Shown one piece after another: positions 27,498 to 27,567 of a stretch of DNA of 27,567 bases. Under the pieces are notes generated by a model. That model was given only the letters and a program-made list of their open reading frames with translations. It was not told the DNA's origin and searched no databases. The position numbers and the translations under genes are program-made. This stretch comes from an uncultured Gemmatimonadales bacterium (lineage in GTDB: Bacteria > Gemmatimonadota > Gemmatimonadetes > Gemmatimonadales > GWC2-71-9): assembly GCA_963748815.1 (NCBI GenBank), contig CAVVKJ010000018.1, positions 1 to 27,567 of the forward strand. Direction: 5' to 3'. Each line of letters begins with the position of its first letter. The stretch's first letter is position 1.

Positions 27498-27567
27498 GGC
27501 TAGGGCTCCGAAGCGAAGGAACCCAGTAATATAGCGGGGGATCCCCCCTCTCCACATGGTGGAGAGG

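Overview
High-GC bacterial DNA; gene content and repeat style suggest Gemmatimonadota, which is an inference only. The left half (about 0.6-12.6 kb) is mostly an accessory cluster for carrier-protein-dependent acyl/amide tailoring: two paralogous ACPs, an AMP-dependent ligase, NadE-like and AsnB-like amidating enzymes, three left-handed beta-helix acyltransferases, a membrane acyltransferase-3 and an SGNH-like lipoprotein. The housekeeping pair thiE/rlmI interrupts it. The right half holds an sdpR-sdpI-like pair, a CDF transporter, hypothetical proteins, a 46-aa histone-H1-like protein absent from the ORF track, an orphan formate dehydrogenase alpha subunit, tdh-kbl, a beta-barrel protein and an acyl-CoA ligase-NYN-mpg operon. 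Non-coding signals include a candidate sRNA (about 157-241), a complete sigma54-type promoter driving a 57-aa ORF, and REP-like palindromes, two of them in frame inside a CDS. About eight single-base frameshifts, several at homopolymers, most likely reflect sequencing errors. I saw no tRNA, rRNA, CRISPR array or transposase.
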